Below, in pieces: positions 38,945 to 52,292 of a stretch of DNA of 64,000 nt (position 1 is its first letter; each line of letters begins with the position of its first letter). This stretch comes from Paraphysomonas bandaiensis (Eukaryota; Protista; Chrysophyceae), in contig CBFFRP010000136.1 of the NCBI GenBank assembly GCA_965644295.1, forward strand, positions 230,905-294,904. Direction: 5' to 3'. Made by a program: the position numbers and the translations under genes. The notes beneath the pieces were generated by a model. That model saw only the letters and a list, made by a program, of their open reading frames with translations. It was not told the DNA's origin and did no database searches.

Positions 38945-40235
38945 CTCAACAATAAAATCTGTATAGACACTAGAACTTAAAGAATCTGAAACACGAGAGA
39001 GACTATCCCTGATTCCAGGTATCTCTTATGTTGCAAATTTGAGCGTTAATAAGCCTCTGACTGCTTCTGTAAGTTATGTTTTACAGGTTAGTTATTCGGT
39101 TTTGGTATGAATGCTGCCGCCCCATACTTTTTGGCGTAACGGTACTCTAGAGAAAATTGTAGTAGGGAATACAGAATACAGAATACAGTGGAATACAGAG
39201 TGGAATGCCAGATCCCAGGGACCGACCCCCCCAGTTTTTAGTTCTGTAAAAAACCCTTTTTTTATATATGATAACGCGAGTGCACTGCTGTACTCTGAAG
39301 AGCACACACACACACAGTATGATGTCCAGAGCATATATCTTACTATTAATAGTATTGTGGTTTGCGTTGCTGGTTATCATCCACTGATCGAAATGAGGAA
39401 CCAAGCTTCAAACATATATCGGTTGTTTTCATCTTTGAGATGAATGTCTGGAATTCTGGAGTGGTGTGTATGGTATTGTATGGTTATATAGTGGAGGGTA
39501 TAGTAGATCACACCTTCCTCACAGCCCTCATACTGCATCAGATATCGAAGATACTTGGAGCTCTTATGAAGCAGGACGTATTCATATTTGACTCGATACA
39601 TGCATATATCACATATGAGGTGAGCATTGCATGTCTATGTACACAGTAGTGTATAATAAGCGCTGTGTTTACGCAGACGAGCTGTTATCACACTGTCATG
39701 TCCCGGTGAAGATATTCGAACAGCTTTTCCAATATCCATTAGTTTAGCTTTTCAGGTGTCGTAGGAATCATAATTGATAGGTGGACGACGTTCATTCAAG
39801 AAAGCCTCTTCAGCACTCCTCAGACAACTAAAAGCTTCTCTCAAAACCCGAATCATCTTCTTGTTTGTCGCCTGGGAAGCAGCGAGTTTCGGAACAGGTG
39901 ATCCTTTACTATTGTGAACCAAATCGAACTGCCTGTTGAAGTCATTGACAAAGTAAGCCGTGAAGAAGGATACCACATCCAAGCTGGCTGCTGCTGTGTA
40001 TGGTACAAATGCTGCATTCTGTAGAGACCTAGAATTCTCTATTATTTGTTCCAGTGCATTGGTAGCTGATGACTAAATCTCTGTGTGGTGTAGTTTATGA
40101 GAAGCATTGAAAGAGATGTCTAGGAGAAGATCAGATATCATCTGTGGAGGTAATCTGGAAGAATTCATACAAGCGTAATAGAAGTACATAAACATGTTGT
40201 CTATATGGTCAGGCTAGCTGAAATGTCGCAGTTAT

Positions 40236-43200
40236 CAGGGCTGCGTATCAAGTAATTGCAATTAATTGAAAATCAATTAATTGAAATTAATTGTCAATTA
40301 TTGAAATTGCAATTGTTGAAATTGGGACATCGATTCATAATTGCAATTATAATTGACTCCAGCTCGCTTCAATTAGTTGTCAATTAATTGCAATTAATTG
40401 ATATTAAAAAACCCACCTTTTTATGCTAAAAAGTTGTCAAAAAACAGCATTTTTAGCGAAAAAATCCAATTTTTAGGATAAAAATCGAAGATTGGTGAAA
40501 GACTATATAGTATCCATTGGATTATCTCACATTTGAGAAAGTAAATAATGATGATAATAACAATGAAGAGGATGCAATAGAGATTTGTCCTGTAAGAAAA
40601 GGGGCTCCACATTTTCCGTGATTGATCGCTACCTGCTTCTATCTAATCATATGCGATCATTCAAGTTTGGTTCCGACGTGTTAAAAGTCTAATTGTAGGA
40701 CTATCCACCTATATATAGAGAGTATATATATGTATATTATGTCCTGTATTATATAATTAAGTGTAGTACAATTACAGAAGTAAGGTTATCACCAGCTTGT
40801 TGACCTCCACGACGTTTGTACATTGATTGACGAACCCTTCATAATGCACCTGATTGTTGAGCGTCATTTGGGCGACAGTGTTGAGATCTGAAGATTCTAT
40901 ATACTTGCAATTGAGTGCAGTATTATGTGAGATGCAAGGATCGAAAGATATATATGTAATTAGTACATTATATTATGTAGTATGAAACTGAAGTAGAAGT
41001 GGATGACTATACAGGATACGATCACTGAGTGTGTGGTTTGTACACTATAGTAGTAAATGAATGGTGTTGAACACATCGAACACAACTTAGGTTCTTTATC
41101 ATGTAATGATTATAATTTCATCTTATCAGTTGAGAATAGTAAACCTTAGCAAATAATGTCAACTTCTGTTATGGTAGCGAATGCTAGTTGTAGGGATGGG
41201 GAAGATGACAAGAAGCTACGGTTTGACAAGAACCAAGCAGACTATTCAGCGAGAAAAATCAAGATGCATCTAATGAAGAAAAACCGAAACCATCTTGGCT
41301 TGGAGGACCCGCCAGCCGGAGGAAGGAATTTAGAGTCATGGAGAGAGCGTAATGATACCTGTGTTAGTACTATTTGGGAGGCTTGCGAGCATGACCCTGA
41401 TGTGTTGGAGGTAGCCAATCAATATTTGGAGGGGAAGGCAATTTTACCTGCTGATGATCCTGCTAAGGAGGTGTTATCCAGTGAGCTCCTTCAGACACTG
41501 GTTGATAGGTTCAGAGGCGAGATTGGGACTGTATTGGAGAAGACTACGGCAGAATACCATTCGTTCAAAATAAGGCCGGGGGAAAAGGTGTCTGTTGGGG
41601 TAGATCGACTGAACGGTATAATCCAGAAGCTCATAAAATTGGGACAACCGCAGACAGAGGCAAGTAAATTAGCAAAGATAAAAGCAGCGCTGCAGATAGA
41701 GGAATTACATGATTTATGGATGTCGGTAGCGATGATGCCTAAAGCAACAACTACATTTGATTCGGTGAAAGAGGCTTGTGAAGAGTATGACGAGGCTATG
41801 ACGCAGCTGAAGAAACTAAAGGGAGACAAATCTGAAGAGATCAATTTTACGGCGTCGAAGGAATGCATTTTAAACCATGTGTATTAGACCCGTGTTTGTA
41901 TTATCAGTATAAGGGCGATGAATTGATATTATTAACGATATATGTGGATGATATCCTAGTGTTAGGTCGTGATGTCAACATAGTGAAGGATATTAAAGCT
42001 CAACTGTGTGCCCGGTTTGATATGAAGGATATGGGCGAGATGGAACATTTTCTGAATGTTCGAGTCACAAGAACGCCAGAGTATATTCGTCTTGACCAAT
42101 CAGTATATGCGGCTAAGATCTTAGAAAAGTTTGAAAAGTATCTTGGGCCACCGCGAAAGGTACGGAAGAGTCCTCTACCGGCGGAAGCAATGGATTTAGT
42201 GGCAAAAGGGGCGCGGCATGAGCATACCGAGGAGGAACAGCTTATAGTAGATAACTTCCCATATCGGCCGCTGATAGGTGCATTACTATATCTATCGATG
42301 AACACGAGGCCGGATATTGCCTATGCAGTGGGAGTACTGTCTCGGTTCAGTAATAAGGTGAATATTGAAGTATGCAAGCTATTAACACATGTATGGCAAT
42401 ATATTCGTGGGTCTATTGACAAAGGGATTCAATATGGGAGTAGACGGTTCGACTTCCATATGTTTACTGACGCGGATTGGGCGGGAGATCAGCTCTCCAG
42501 GAAGTCCACGTCGGGGTACGTTGGGTTTGCAGCGGGAGGGCCTATAGTCTGGCAGTCCAAACTGCAGACGACAGTGGCAACGTCAAGCATGCAGTCTGAG
42601 TATCAGTGTATTTACTCGGGTCTCCAAGAAGTGCTATGGGTTCGGGGGGTGACGGGTGAGATTAAGTTGAGGCTCATCAAACCCACACCATTCTTCATCG
42701 ACAGTCAGAGTGCCCAGGATTTGGCCGAAAACCCAGTGTTTCACAAGAAGTCGAAGCACATTGAGATTAAGTATCACATGGTGAGAGAGCACGTGGATCC
42801 CAATCAGTTCAATACGATTAAGTTAGTGCATGTGCATACATCGCAACAAGCAGCAGATATTTATACAAAGTCATTGGTTGGTTTATCATATATGGAGCAG
42901 AGAAAGAGAAATCTTGGAGAGAAAGTTAAGAGTTCCACTGAAGTGATTAATGAGGGACCAAGGGATAAAAGAAGGCGCAAGTAGGTACTGAGTTTTTTAG
43001 ACAGAGGTTTAGACTTAGAGATGAGTCTATTTTACTGTCAAGAATTTTTTTTATCTCAGGCATTCAATAGCTGGGAGGCGTCATAGTACAACACTCAATT
43101 GAGGGGGAGTGTTGAGATCTGAAGATTCTATATACTTGCAATTGAGTGCAGTATTATGTGAGATGCAAGGATCGAAAGATATATATGTAATTAGTACATT

Positions 43201-43958
43201 ATATTATGTAGTATGAAACTGAAGTAGAAGTGGATGACTATACAGGATACGATCACTGAGTGTGTGGTTTGTACACTATAGTAGTAAATGAATGGTGTTG
43301 AACACATCGAACACAACTTAGGTTCTTTATCATGTAATGATTATAATTTCATCTTATCAGTTGAGAATAGTAAACCTTAGCAAATAATGTCAACTTCTGT
43401 TAGACAGTGCTGCTATTATTCATAACGCTGCTTTCGAAAAGGCAGTCGTGAAGATTCAATGTGGCAACGAAGCCGTAACTCGGACGGCAAAAGATCAAAC
43501 TATAACATATTTGCTCGATGAGAAAGAAAAAGATGATGACGGTGCAAGTCTAGTTCCGAATGACGACGAAGGGCAACGTTTGATTGATGGTAGCAGGCAG
43601 CGGAAGCGAGCAAGACTTAACCAGCAAACTTGTTACGGATGAAACACTTGCATACCACAACCAATAAGGTTGAGAGGTCATTCAGTAGAGCTACGATTGT
43701 TATGACGGGCTTGCGCAAGAGCTTGACTCCTAACATTTAGTGCTAATTATGTTTTTACGCATGAATCGTTGCCTCTGGAATGAAATGACAGTTGAGGTAG
43801 CTAATGTATATTCGCAGCTAGTGTATTTTAGTACTAAATAATTGCAATTAATTGTAGTTAATTGCAATAGTTGAAATTGAGACAGCAAGTAATAATTGCA
43901 ATAATAATCGACTACAACCTGCGTCAATTAATAGACAATAATTTGATACGCAGCCCTG
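40236..43958 (+). mobile_element. Non-autonomous hAT element interrupted by a Copia insertion
   Basis: 16-bp TIRs CAGGGCTGCGTATCAA / TTGATACGCAGCCCTG; 8-bp TSD GCAGTTAT / GCAGTCAT; CAATTAATTG subterminal arrays; residual transposase HLGDSAAIIHNAAFEKAVVKIQ spans the Copia insertion site. Confidence 0.9.
40879..43402 (+). mobile_element. Recent internally deleted Ty1/Copia element with identical 293-bp LTRs (40879-41171, 43110-43402)
   Basis: 5-bp TSD GACAG on both sides; PBS-like TGGTAGCG at 41172; PPT GAGGGGGAG at 43101-43109; gag ORF 41156-41887; RT C-terminal half and RNase H ORF 41863-42984 (YVDD, TDADW, KHIEIKYH, ADIYTK). Confidence 0.95.
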
Positions 43959-44047
43959 GCAGTCATACGTCCACCTGTTGGTCCTATCTGGTTACGTATC
44001 CGTCAGTTATGCTTGTGAAGAGAAGAATATATCTACAGCTTTGAATT

Positions 44048-44265
44048 GAGAGGGAGTGTTGAGTTTTGCTGTTTGTGAGCAATTAAGAGCCGTAGTTTCT
44101 AAGATATTTGAATTATAACCGTTACTCAAAGAATATAGTAGTAGCTAACAGTATTATGAGCACCGATGATATGATAGCTATTGGTTAGTTTTCATTTCGA
44201 TTAAAACTATATTGACTGTTGTACAAGACAGAGACGATGTAAGATCGTACTAGAAATGGTTGGTG
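44048..44265 (+). mobile_element. PPT and truncated LTR of another Copia-type element
   Basis: GAGAGGGAG followed by TGTTGAG at 44057, cut off by the next element. Confidence 0.5.
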
Positions 44266-45958
44266 TAACAGAAGTTGACATTATTTGCTAAGGTTTACTA
44301 TTCACAAAAGATAAGATGAAATAATAAACATTACATGATAAAGAACCTAAGTTGTGTTCGATGTGTTCAACACCATTCATTTACTACTATAGTATACAAA
44401 CCACACATTCAGTGATCGTATCCTGTATAGTCACCCACTTCTACTTCAGTTTCATACTACACAATATAATGTACTAATTACATATATATCTTTCGATCCT
44501 TGCATCTCACATAATACTGCACTCAATTGCAAGCATATAGAATCTTCAGATCTCAACACTCCCCCTCAATTGAGTGTTGTACCATGACGCCTCCCAGCTA
44601 TTGAATGCCTGAGATAAAAATTCTTGACAGTAAAATAGACTCATCTCTAAGTCTAAACCTCTGTCTAAAAAAACTCAGTACCTACTTGCGTCTTCTTTTA
44701 TCTCTTGGTCCCTCATTAATCACTTCAGTGGAACTCTTAATTTGCTCTCCAAGATTTCTCTTTCTCTGCTCCATATATGATAAACCAACCAATGACTTTG
44801 TATAAATATCTGCTGCTTGTTGCGATCTATGCACATGAACTAACTTAATCGTATTGAACTGATTGGGATCCACGTGCTCTCTCACCATGTGATACTTAAT
44901 CTCCATGTGCTTCGACTTCTTGTGAAACACTGGGTTTTCGGCCAAATCCTGGGCACTCTGACTGTCGATGAAGAATGGTGTGGGTTTGATGAGCCTCAAC
45001 TTAATCTCACCCGTCACCCCCCGAACCCATAGCACTTCTTGGAGACCCGAGTAAATACACTGATACTCAGACTGCATGCTTGACGTTGCCACTGTCGTCT
45101 GCAGTTTGGACTGCCAGACTATAGGCCCTCCCGCTGCAAACCCAACCTACCCCGACGTGGACTTCCTGGACAGCTGGTCTCCCGCCCAATCCGCGTCAGT
45201 AAACATATGGACGTCGAACCGTCTACTCCCATATTGAATCCCTTTGTCAATAGAACCACGAATATATTGCCATACGTGTGTTAATAGCCAATATTCACCT
45301 TATTACTGAACCGAGACAGTACTCCCATTGCATAGGCAATATCCGGCCTCGTGTTCATCGATAGATATAGTAATGCACCTATCAGCGGCCGATATGGGAA
45401 GTTGTCACTATAAGCTGTTCCTTCTCGGTATGCTCATGCCGCGCCCCTTTTGCCACTAAATTCATTGCTTCCGCCGGTAGAGGACTCTTCCGTACCTTTC
45501 GCGGTGGCCCAAAAGATACTTTTCAAACTTTTCTAAGATCTTAGCCGCATATACTGATTGGTCAAGACGAATATATACTCTGGTGTTCTTGTTACTCGAA
45601 CATTCAGAAAATGTTCCATCTCGCCCATATCCTTCATATCAAACCGGGCACACAGTTGAGCTTTAAAATCCTTCACTATGTTGACATCACGACCTACTAA
45701 CACTAGGATATCATCCACATATATTGTTAATAATATATCAATTCATCGCCCTTATACTGATAATACAAACACGGGTCTAATACACATGGTTTAAAATGCA
45801 TAGATCGTATGAATTTATCCAATGTTTTCCACCACGACCGCGGGGAACTCCGAAGCCCGTATAACGACTTCTTCAACTTAAAGCAGTACCCCTCAGGCAG
45901 TGAAAGTCCGGAGTTGCCTTCATATATACGTCCCCCTCTATATCTGCATATAGAAATG
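44266..45958 (-). mobile_element. Older, frameshifted copy of the same Copia family (3' LTR 44266-44558, RT/RNase H), 5' part missing
   Basis: Reverse complement of 41863-43402 with substitutions and indels. It retains extra RT sequence (FLYADIEGDVYM...KKSLYGLRSSPRSWW) that is absent from the 40879 copy. Confidence 0.92.
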
Positions 45959-47800
45959 ATCACAAATATCCTTACAAAGCCATCTTCACGGATGGATCCT
46001 TCACACGCACACACCTCACCCCTGCTCACCTACTCGGCAACACCCACACACAGCCCAATTCTCACGACGGAGGAGCTGCAATTGTATGGCTCCCGCCCAA
46101 GAACACCTGCTGGAGTCACAGACAAACCAAAATCCCACAACTTACGGCACCACAGCACACAGCGCCTGGCCTCAACGCATACACCTACGAAACCCTTGCA
46201 ATGTCAGCAGCACTGACATTCTCCAATGTACTCCACTCTTCCGTGCCAATCTGGACTGACTGCCAGGCGGTACAGACGCGGACCAAAGAGGGCCTCTCAC
46301 ACAGACGGCGCGCCCTCGGAACAAAGCCCCAGGGAATATTTTACGAATGCCTCGCCACCACAGCTCTTAAACAGCGTCCAATACAATGGACGCGCTCGCA
46401 CCCCGAACGTAGAACACAAGATCAAAGCAACTGGACCTACACTGACCACGGCATTTATATAGCTGACGCCGCCGCCAGCGGCGATTGGAAGACACTAGAC
46501 AAAGTGCTCGGAGCCTCCAACTACAGTGTTGTCACAACTGACGCTACGCACATACTGGAAAAATTCTTCACCACGGGTCAATGGCACTGCGTAGACACGA
46601 TACACACCTCCTCACAGACCTCGGTCCTATGCTAGGAGACGTTACAGATCTCCACCACCAGTGGGATCTCCATCAATACACCCTCCGACGAGATAGCATG
46701 TATGCTGCACAAACGCAACGAGACCCGCAGTATTGGACACGCAGCGGAACAAGGCTCCCACACAAGCTCCATCCCCTCCGTACCCATAACACTCCTCCAA
46801 ACACTACATCCCCCTCGCAGAGCGTATACGCGAGACGGCATACGTATGGGACAAATCCTTTGAAATGGGTAGAAACCGAGCGAAAGGAAAATCCGGACAT
46901 AATCGCACAACGGCTTCCACATGATGCGCAGACTGTGCACACCCCACAGACAACATGGCGCACATGCTTCTCACCTGCACTCACCCTGACATCATTCACA
47001 TACGTGAAGATGTCCACCAAGCACACCACAATAAGCTTGACAAACTTCGCACACACACGCTCCCCCATCCCTGGTTTTACACCGCCATAACCAAACTAGC
47101 CAAAGCCGCATGGAACCCAACCACCCCCCAGGTTGAGCGCTACTGGACCGGCCACATTACTGCCACACAAATGGCCGACGCATTCGGACGCCACATATCC
47201 AGCTCACTGCTCGAACATCAATTCCACGCCCTAGAAAAATCCATCGCCTCTATCCTACTCCCCCTATATGATGGAGGGCTCCGCATGCTTCGCAATAGAG
47301 GGGACACAGACACCACAACGTAGACACGGCACCGGCGACACCGGTCCCGACACACGCAAAGCAACGCCAGCCCCAGGATACCTACCCGACACCAAAAGTA
47401 CTCCAGCTACTCCAGGCGACATCTACCCCACGAACTACACTCTCTGCAAGAGCCCAGACCCGACAGAGGCAAGCGCAACCACTCCGGAAACAACTTCTCC
47501 TTACTTGTAGCCGAAACCCCACCTCAACAACCAGCACCATCTCCACCACCGACTTGCACTCTCATATACATCTCGCCTCACCCACCCCCCACATAATCCA
47601 TGGCACAGGCCCGCCAGACACATTGCCCAAAGGTAGACCCCCCGACTAACCTCACTACAAGGGACGGTTGCACCATGGTGCTCGCAGCGATGCACAAGCA
47701 GTCCCGACACGGTTGCCCGCCACTAGTAGTATATAGCAAATCTAGTTATTAGCTAGTCTATAGACATAAACTAGTTTCTGTACGCAACCGTACTCATGTA
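45959..47800 (+). mobile_element. 5'-truncated non-LTR retrotransposon (RNase H plus CCHC finger), degenerate
   Basis: RNase H motifs IFTDGS, IWTDCQ, QWTRSH and GIYIADAAA across frameshifts; CADCAHPTDNMAHMLLTC at ~46925-46980; C/A-rich composition. Confidence 0.75.
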
Positions 47801-48232
47801 ATAATCAGACTTTCAAATATCGTTTACACGAAGTTTTGATAAACAACACAAACTCATTTTGTTCCACGCATAATCTCCTACATATGTGAACCTCTCGTTA
47901 CTAAACATATCTTGAAAGATCAAACTATTTTAGTTTCTCAATATCATCACAGTCTTTGTACATCACTATATTTCACTGTATTCTCGTATATTGTCTTCAA
48001 GTGACATACATACTGGATATACTAAAATAAGATCCATATTCTAATAGCCTATTTTAGTAATGCTTGTGTGGTACAAGAGGGGCATTAATAAAATGTCACC
48101 AGTGTAGACGTCTTCGACTGGGCCTTAAAAATTAAACAGCCGGCAACCGGGAACCTCAAGGGCATCCGGGGTATTGGGCTGCTGCCGCCTGAAGTCAAGC
48201 ATCCGGGCTGTTCACCTTAAGGACTCATAATA

Positions 48233-49110
48233 CTGAAGTCAGCAGATATCAGGTGTATCAACATTCTGCTTGCTCACTGCGTTTACTTTTTGAGTGATAA
48301 AGCGAAAGTGGTTGTACCTTGTTCCTTGTTGGTGCTGCGTGCGGTGGCGCACAAGCAGCTTTCGTAGCGCTAAATAGAGTTGGATATCAGAGTTGACTCT
48401 TCAATTGCTAATAATAAAAGACAATCACTACTGCTATATATCGTTCCGAGCTCAATATATATATAGTAAAGCTCGAACTTTTCGCTCTCCGATCAAAATA
48501 TTTCGAGACGATATATAGCCCCCTCGGAGTCTGCGGTTAAGTATAAAAAGTATAACAATATAATATATATTATATATGAGTTTAATGAACTGATAAATAA
48601 GATTGTGACTATCTGAGATTACAAATTATTGATTGGCTGTAGTAAAGCGAATACATGTATATATATATGAAAGATGCGAAAAAGTGATGAATTTGTTAGA
48701 ATTGACAATTTCACATAAGCAAGCCTTGCTCTGCACACAATCCTTGAGCATTCACAAAAATGTACTTTTCAAAGAAAGAATGATAACTAGTCATCTAAAC
48801 ACTCATAATAAATATTCAAGTAACATCAGTTTATCATATATGTTCACTAGTCAATAAAATTCATAAATAGCTGCTATAGAAGTAGTAAACGTCTTTCATT
48901 TATTTGCTACAGTCGTCTAAGAGTCAGAAATATTGTAGCAAAACAATTTAACTAACGAGAGCGTATTTCTGATATCCTACTATTTAGCAATACGAGAGCT
49001 GCTTGTGCGTCACCGCAAGCACCAAGGTACAATCATCTTTGCTCTATCACTCAAAGGAAACGCAGTGAGCCAAGCAAAATGTTGATATATTTGACATCTG
49101 CTGACTTCAG
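48233..49110. mobile_element. Foldback/MITE-like element with ~150-bp imperfect TIRs
   Basis: 48233-48392 is an inverted copy of 48968-49110 (CTGAAGTCAGCAGAT...GGATATCAGA). The spacer is AT-rich and non-coding. Confidence 0.75.
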
Positions 49111-49889
49111 GCGCTTATAGAGGCATACGTTAGCAGCTGAGTTTACTTCCTTTCTGAATATTGATTTACCCTTTACTCTGAGTTCTTGTCACCTATATTG
49201 CCTATTGCACATTACAAACTATAAACTCTTTCAACTGGACAGAATAATATACAATGTCATCATAATATTATATATAATATATAATAATCCCATAATAATA
49301 TTATATCATTACACATATCATACACGAGAACTTAACACAATTTCTAATTAATAGAGTTCAGTCAAAGTTCAAAATATTAATTTCTGATATAATACCGGAT
49401 AGTATGGGGTGATATGGTGGCTATATCTTTGTGTATGATTTCATTCCACTGTCGATGTTGTGTATGAAATCGATAAATTTTTAGTTGTACTGCGATCTCT
49501 TGTAGTTATCTTCGTGTGTGCGAATCATACTCTTTATTTACTAAGTGGTATGCGTTTAGGTGTATATATAAACGATATAATGTTATGTAATGTATACATC
49601 AAGTTAGCAACCGCAGTTTGGATCAAGAATAACGAAATTAAGCATTATTAGCAATTGAACGAACCGTATCTAAATCTGGCTGGTGAACGGCGACGTGCTC
49701 ATTCAAGCAACAATTCTAGTACCATCTCGGCAAATATCTATGAAACAGTGCCACATAAACTCCACTGTTAACGCGGGTCGCATATATTACAACCAATGAC
49801 ATGGAAATGGCACATTTAACTCAACAAAATGAATCGTTGATGAGGTGCCATCTTGAAAACCATAGAGTCGCTCAATGATTCACCATATA

Positions 49890-51996
49890 TCATTTTCTAC
49901 GACTTCTACACCAGTTTGGAAGAGCAAGGAACCAACAAAATATCATGGACAATATATCTTTCGCAGTCGAACCTGACAGACCACAAATAAATGTCGAGTC
50001 ATAAAGCCACAACTTAATATACAACAATAAAAGGAGAGCTGAATACGGAGAAATAATAAAGATTATACTGCCATACATGTACATCATACAAGGCAATATA
50101 CACAGGGTTTAACATACCTTGCAAGAACTTCACTCGCAGGTGCTGAGAGAGAGCCAACAGTCTGGTATGCGGCTGCTGCAAGCATACTTGGCGCGGAACT
50201 GCGCATTGCTACGTCCTCATCGCCTTCAGTATGGTGAGATGCGTACTTCACGGTTACCTCTGTCTTTCTTTCACTTGATGTAACGAACTGCAGAGCGGTA
50301 CTAATCTGAGGAAAAAGTGCAGAGAGAAAGTCACCATAGGTATAGACATGCGAAGACTGCGGCGGCACAAAATCGTCAGAGTACATAAGTCGCCATACAT
50401 CCTCGGCTAGTCCCAATTCAGGACTAGCCCGCACTACCAACCCTTCTAGTGGCGTAACTTCATAGGCTAAAGTACCCATGGCATTTAGGCGAGACGGCAT
50501 CGACAACGATCCAGTGGCCCAAAACGATATTAACGTTGGAGATACCATCTCTGAAGAAGCTGTTCTGGAATTTCTGGTAGCATGTCCCCAATCTGCAATT
50601 AGGTGTAGAAGCTGGTCATGTTGCTCGGCAGGCCATTGGGTGACTAATATATGCCTAGCTTCTAACTCCGCCGCTAAATTCACTTTTCCTCGAGAAGTCT
50701 TTCGAGTGATACGGCGGCTTTGCCACTCCTCAACAGGAAACATCTGTTCATCGACTAAATATATAGGACTGCCCGCTATGGACTCCAATAAACTGGCTAC
50801 GCTATAGACCTTACTGACTGATATCGTCCATGATGTCGCACTGCCTCTCTCAAGGCGGAGAACCTGCAGTGTAGGATGGGAGATGTTACCATTACCAAGT
50901 CCCGCCGTGTGGGCATGATCATAGTGTACGTAGGTTGAACGACCACTGTCCGCTGTCGATGATCCTGTGGTGCCGACAGGAGGGGAATATGTGCGAGCCA
51001 TCTTTATTGCAGGATCGGATAGAACACCACCCTCCAATGAGTGGTTCTTTCCTGCAATCGTTCCGAGGTCGATACCCCCCGATACCAAATCCATCATCGT
51101 TACCTCACCGTCATCATCTTCGTCAAATAAAATATCACAACTAAGTAAATCTTGTGAAGATGAAGACTTGTTGAGATTGCACATCGCGGCATTCAGAAAA
51201 GCAACTGCGAACTTGAATCTTGTGTCTCTCACACTCTGCGCGCCGTATAAGCGAATTAAAGGTCAGGACCGGAGAAACACTTACACTTTTATTTCTTTGC
51301 CATAAAACCAGAACTTGCTTAACCAATAAGCGTGCGGGCTCGTGACGGCCCTCATTGAGGAGGTTAATCAAGTGACTGGACAGCGATCTATATGACTCGA
51401 TTTCACCTGTATTCTGGTCCAGCTGTCGTGCCTTTTTAGGCTACACATATTTCATTACGACAACGCTCTTGATGCGCACGAAAACACCTACCCGATTCTG
51501 TCTCTCGTTTTCAGGTATTGCCTTCGCATATATTAAACCCGATATACAACACTAAACAAGGTTACGTACGATGGCAAGTTAAATAACTCCTCACCTTGAT
51601 AAAAGCAAAGTAATTGAAGGGGTCATTGTATATCTTCAGAGAGGTCTTGTTGACTATACCGAGACCACTCTCAGAGTCAAGAAGTACCGCAAACATATCA
51701 GTACTTTTAGAGCCAAGATATTTCTTTGCAGCAGAAAAGACATATATGACTATAAGCGCCAGACCGTTTCGCACCTCTGGGCGCAGGTCCAGATTCTCCA
51801 TTAAGATACGGTGAATCGTCGTGCTCGTGTCCTCATCCTTCCTTGCCCACAGAGAGAAAGGAATGAGGTGCTCTAGACACAGAGTGAGAAGGTTTTGAGA
51901 GGGGTCAACAACTAGAGAGGGGTGGGCAGATATGTATTTGCTGTACACCTCAAAGAACTTCCTCTCGTACACGAGGATGTCTGTCTCCTCGCTCAT
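49890..51996 (-). CDS. Hypothetical protein, multi-exon, hydrophobic C-terminus
   Basis: ORFs 51562-51996, 51141-51371, 50084-51232 and 49890-50096 can be joined by short GT-AG introns. No recognised domain. Confidence 0.6.
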
Positions 51997-52292
51997 AGCT
52001 ATGCTGATATATTCAATTCGTCGTTACTTTAGTGTCATGCACAGCGCATGGAACGGAGTTGTTCTTATAAGTGAATGGAATCCTACTGTGGTGTCTATTG
52101 GTGTGGTGTGTTTCCTGTACGGCGCCGCCATCATGCCACATGCAGTCGTGAATATGTACGCTGTGGTGCTTTGGTGCGCTCCTACAGCATGACCGTATAC
52201 AGAGCGCAGTATACAGCAGTATACAGCAGTATACAGACTGTAGTACAAGCATTATACGCTGTACTCGAACAGCAACTCCAGTATCTTGTATA

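Noticed and set aside
41863-41887. Programmed gag-pol frameshift
   Set aside because: The overlap is a deletion junction into mid-RT, shown by the extra upstream RT sequence in the sister copy.
47810-48045. Possible minus-strand solo LTR after the non-LTR element
   Set aside because: Composition is suggestive, but no termini, TSD or second copy could be confirmed.
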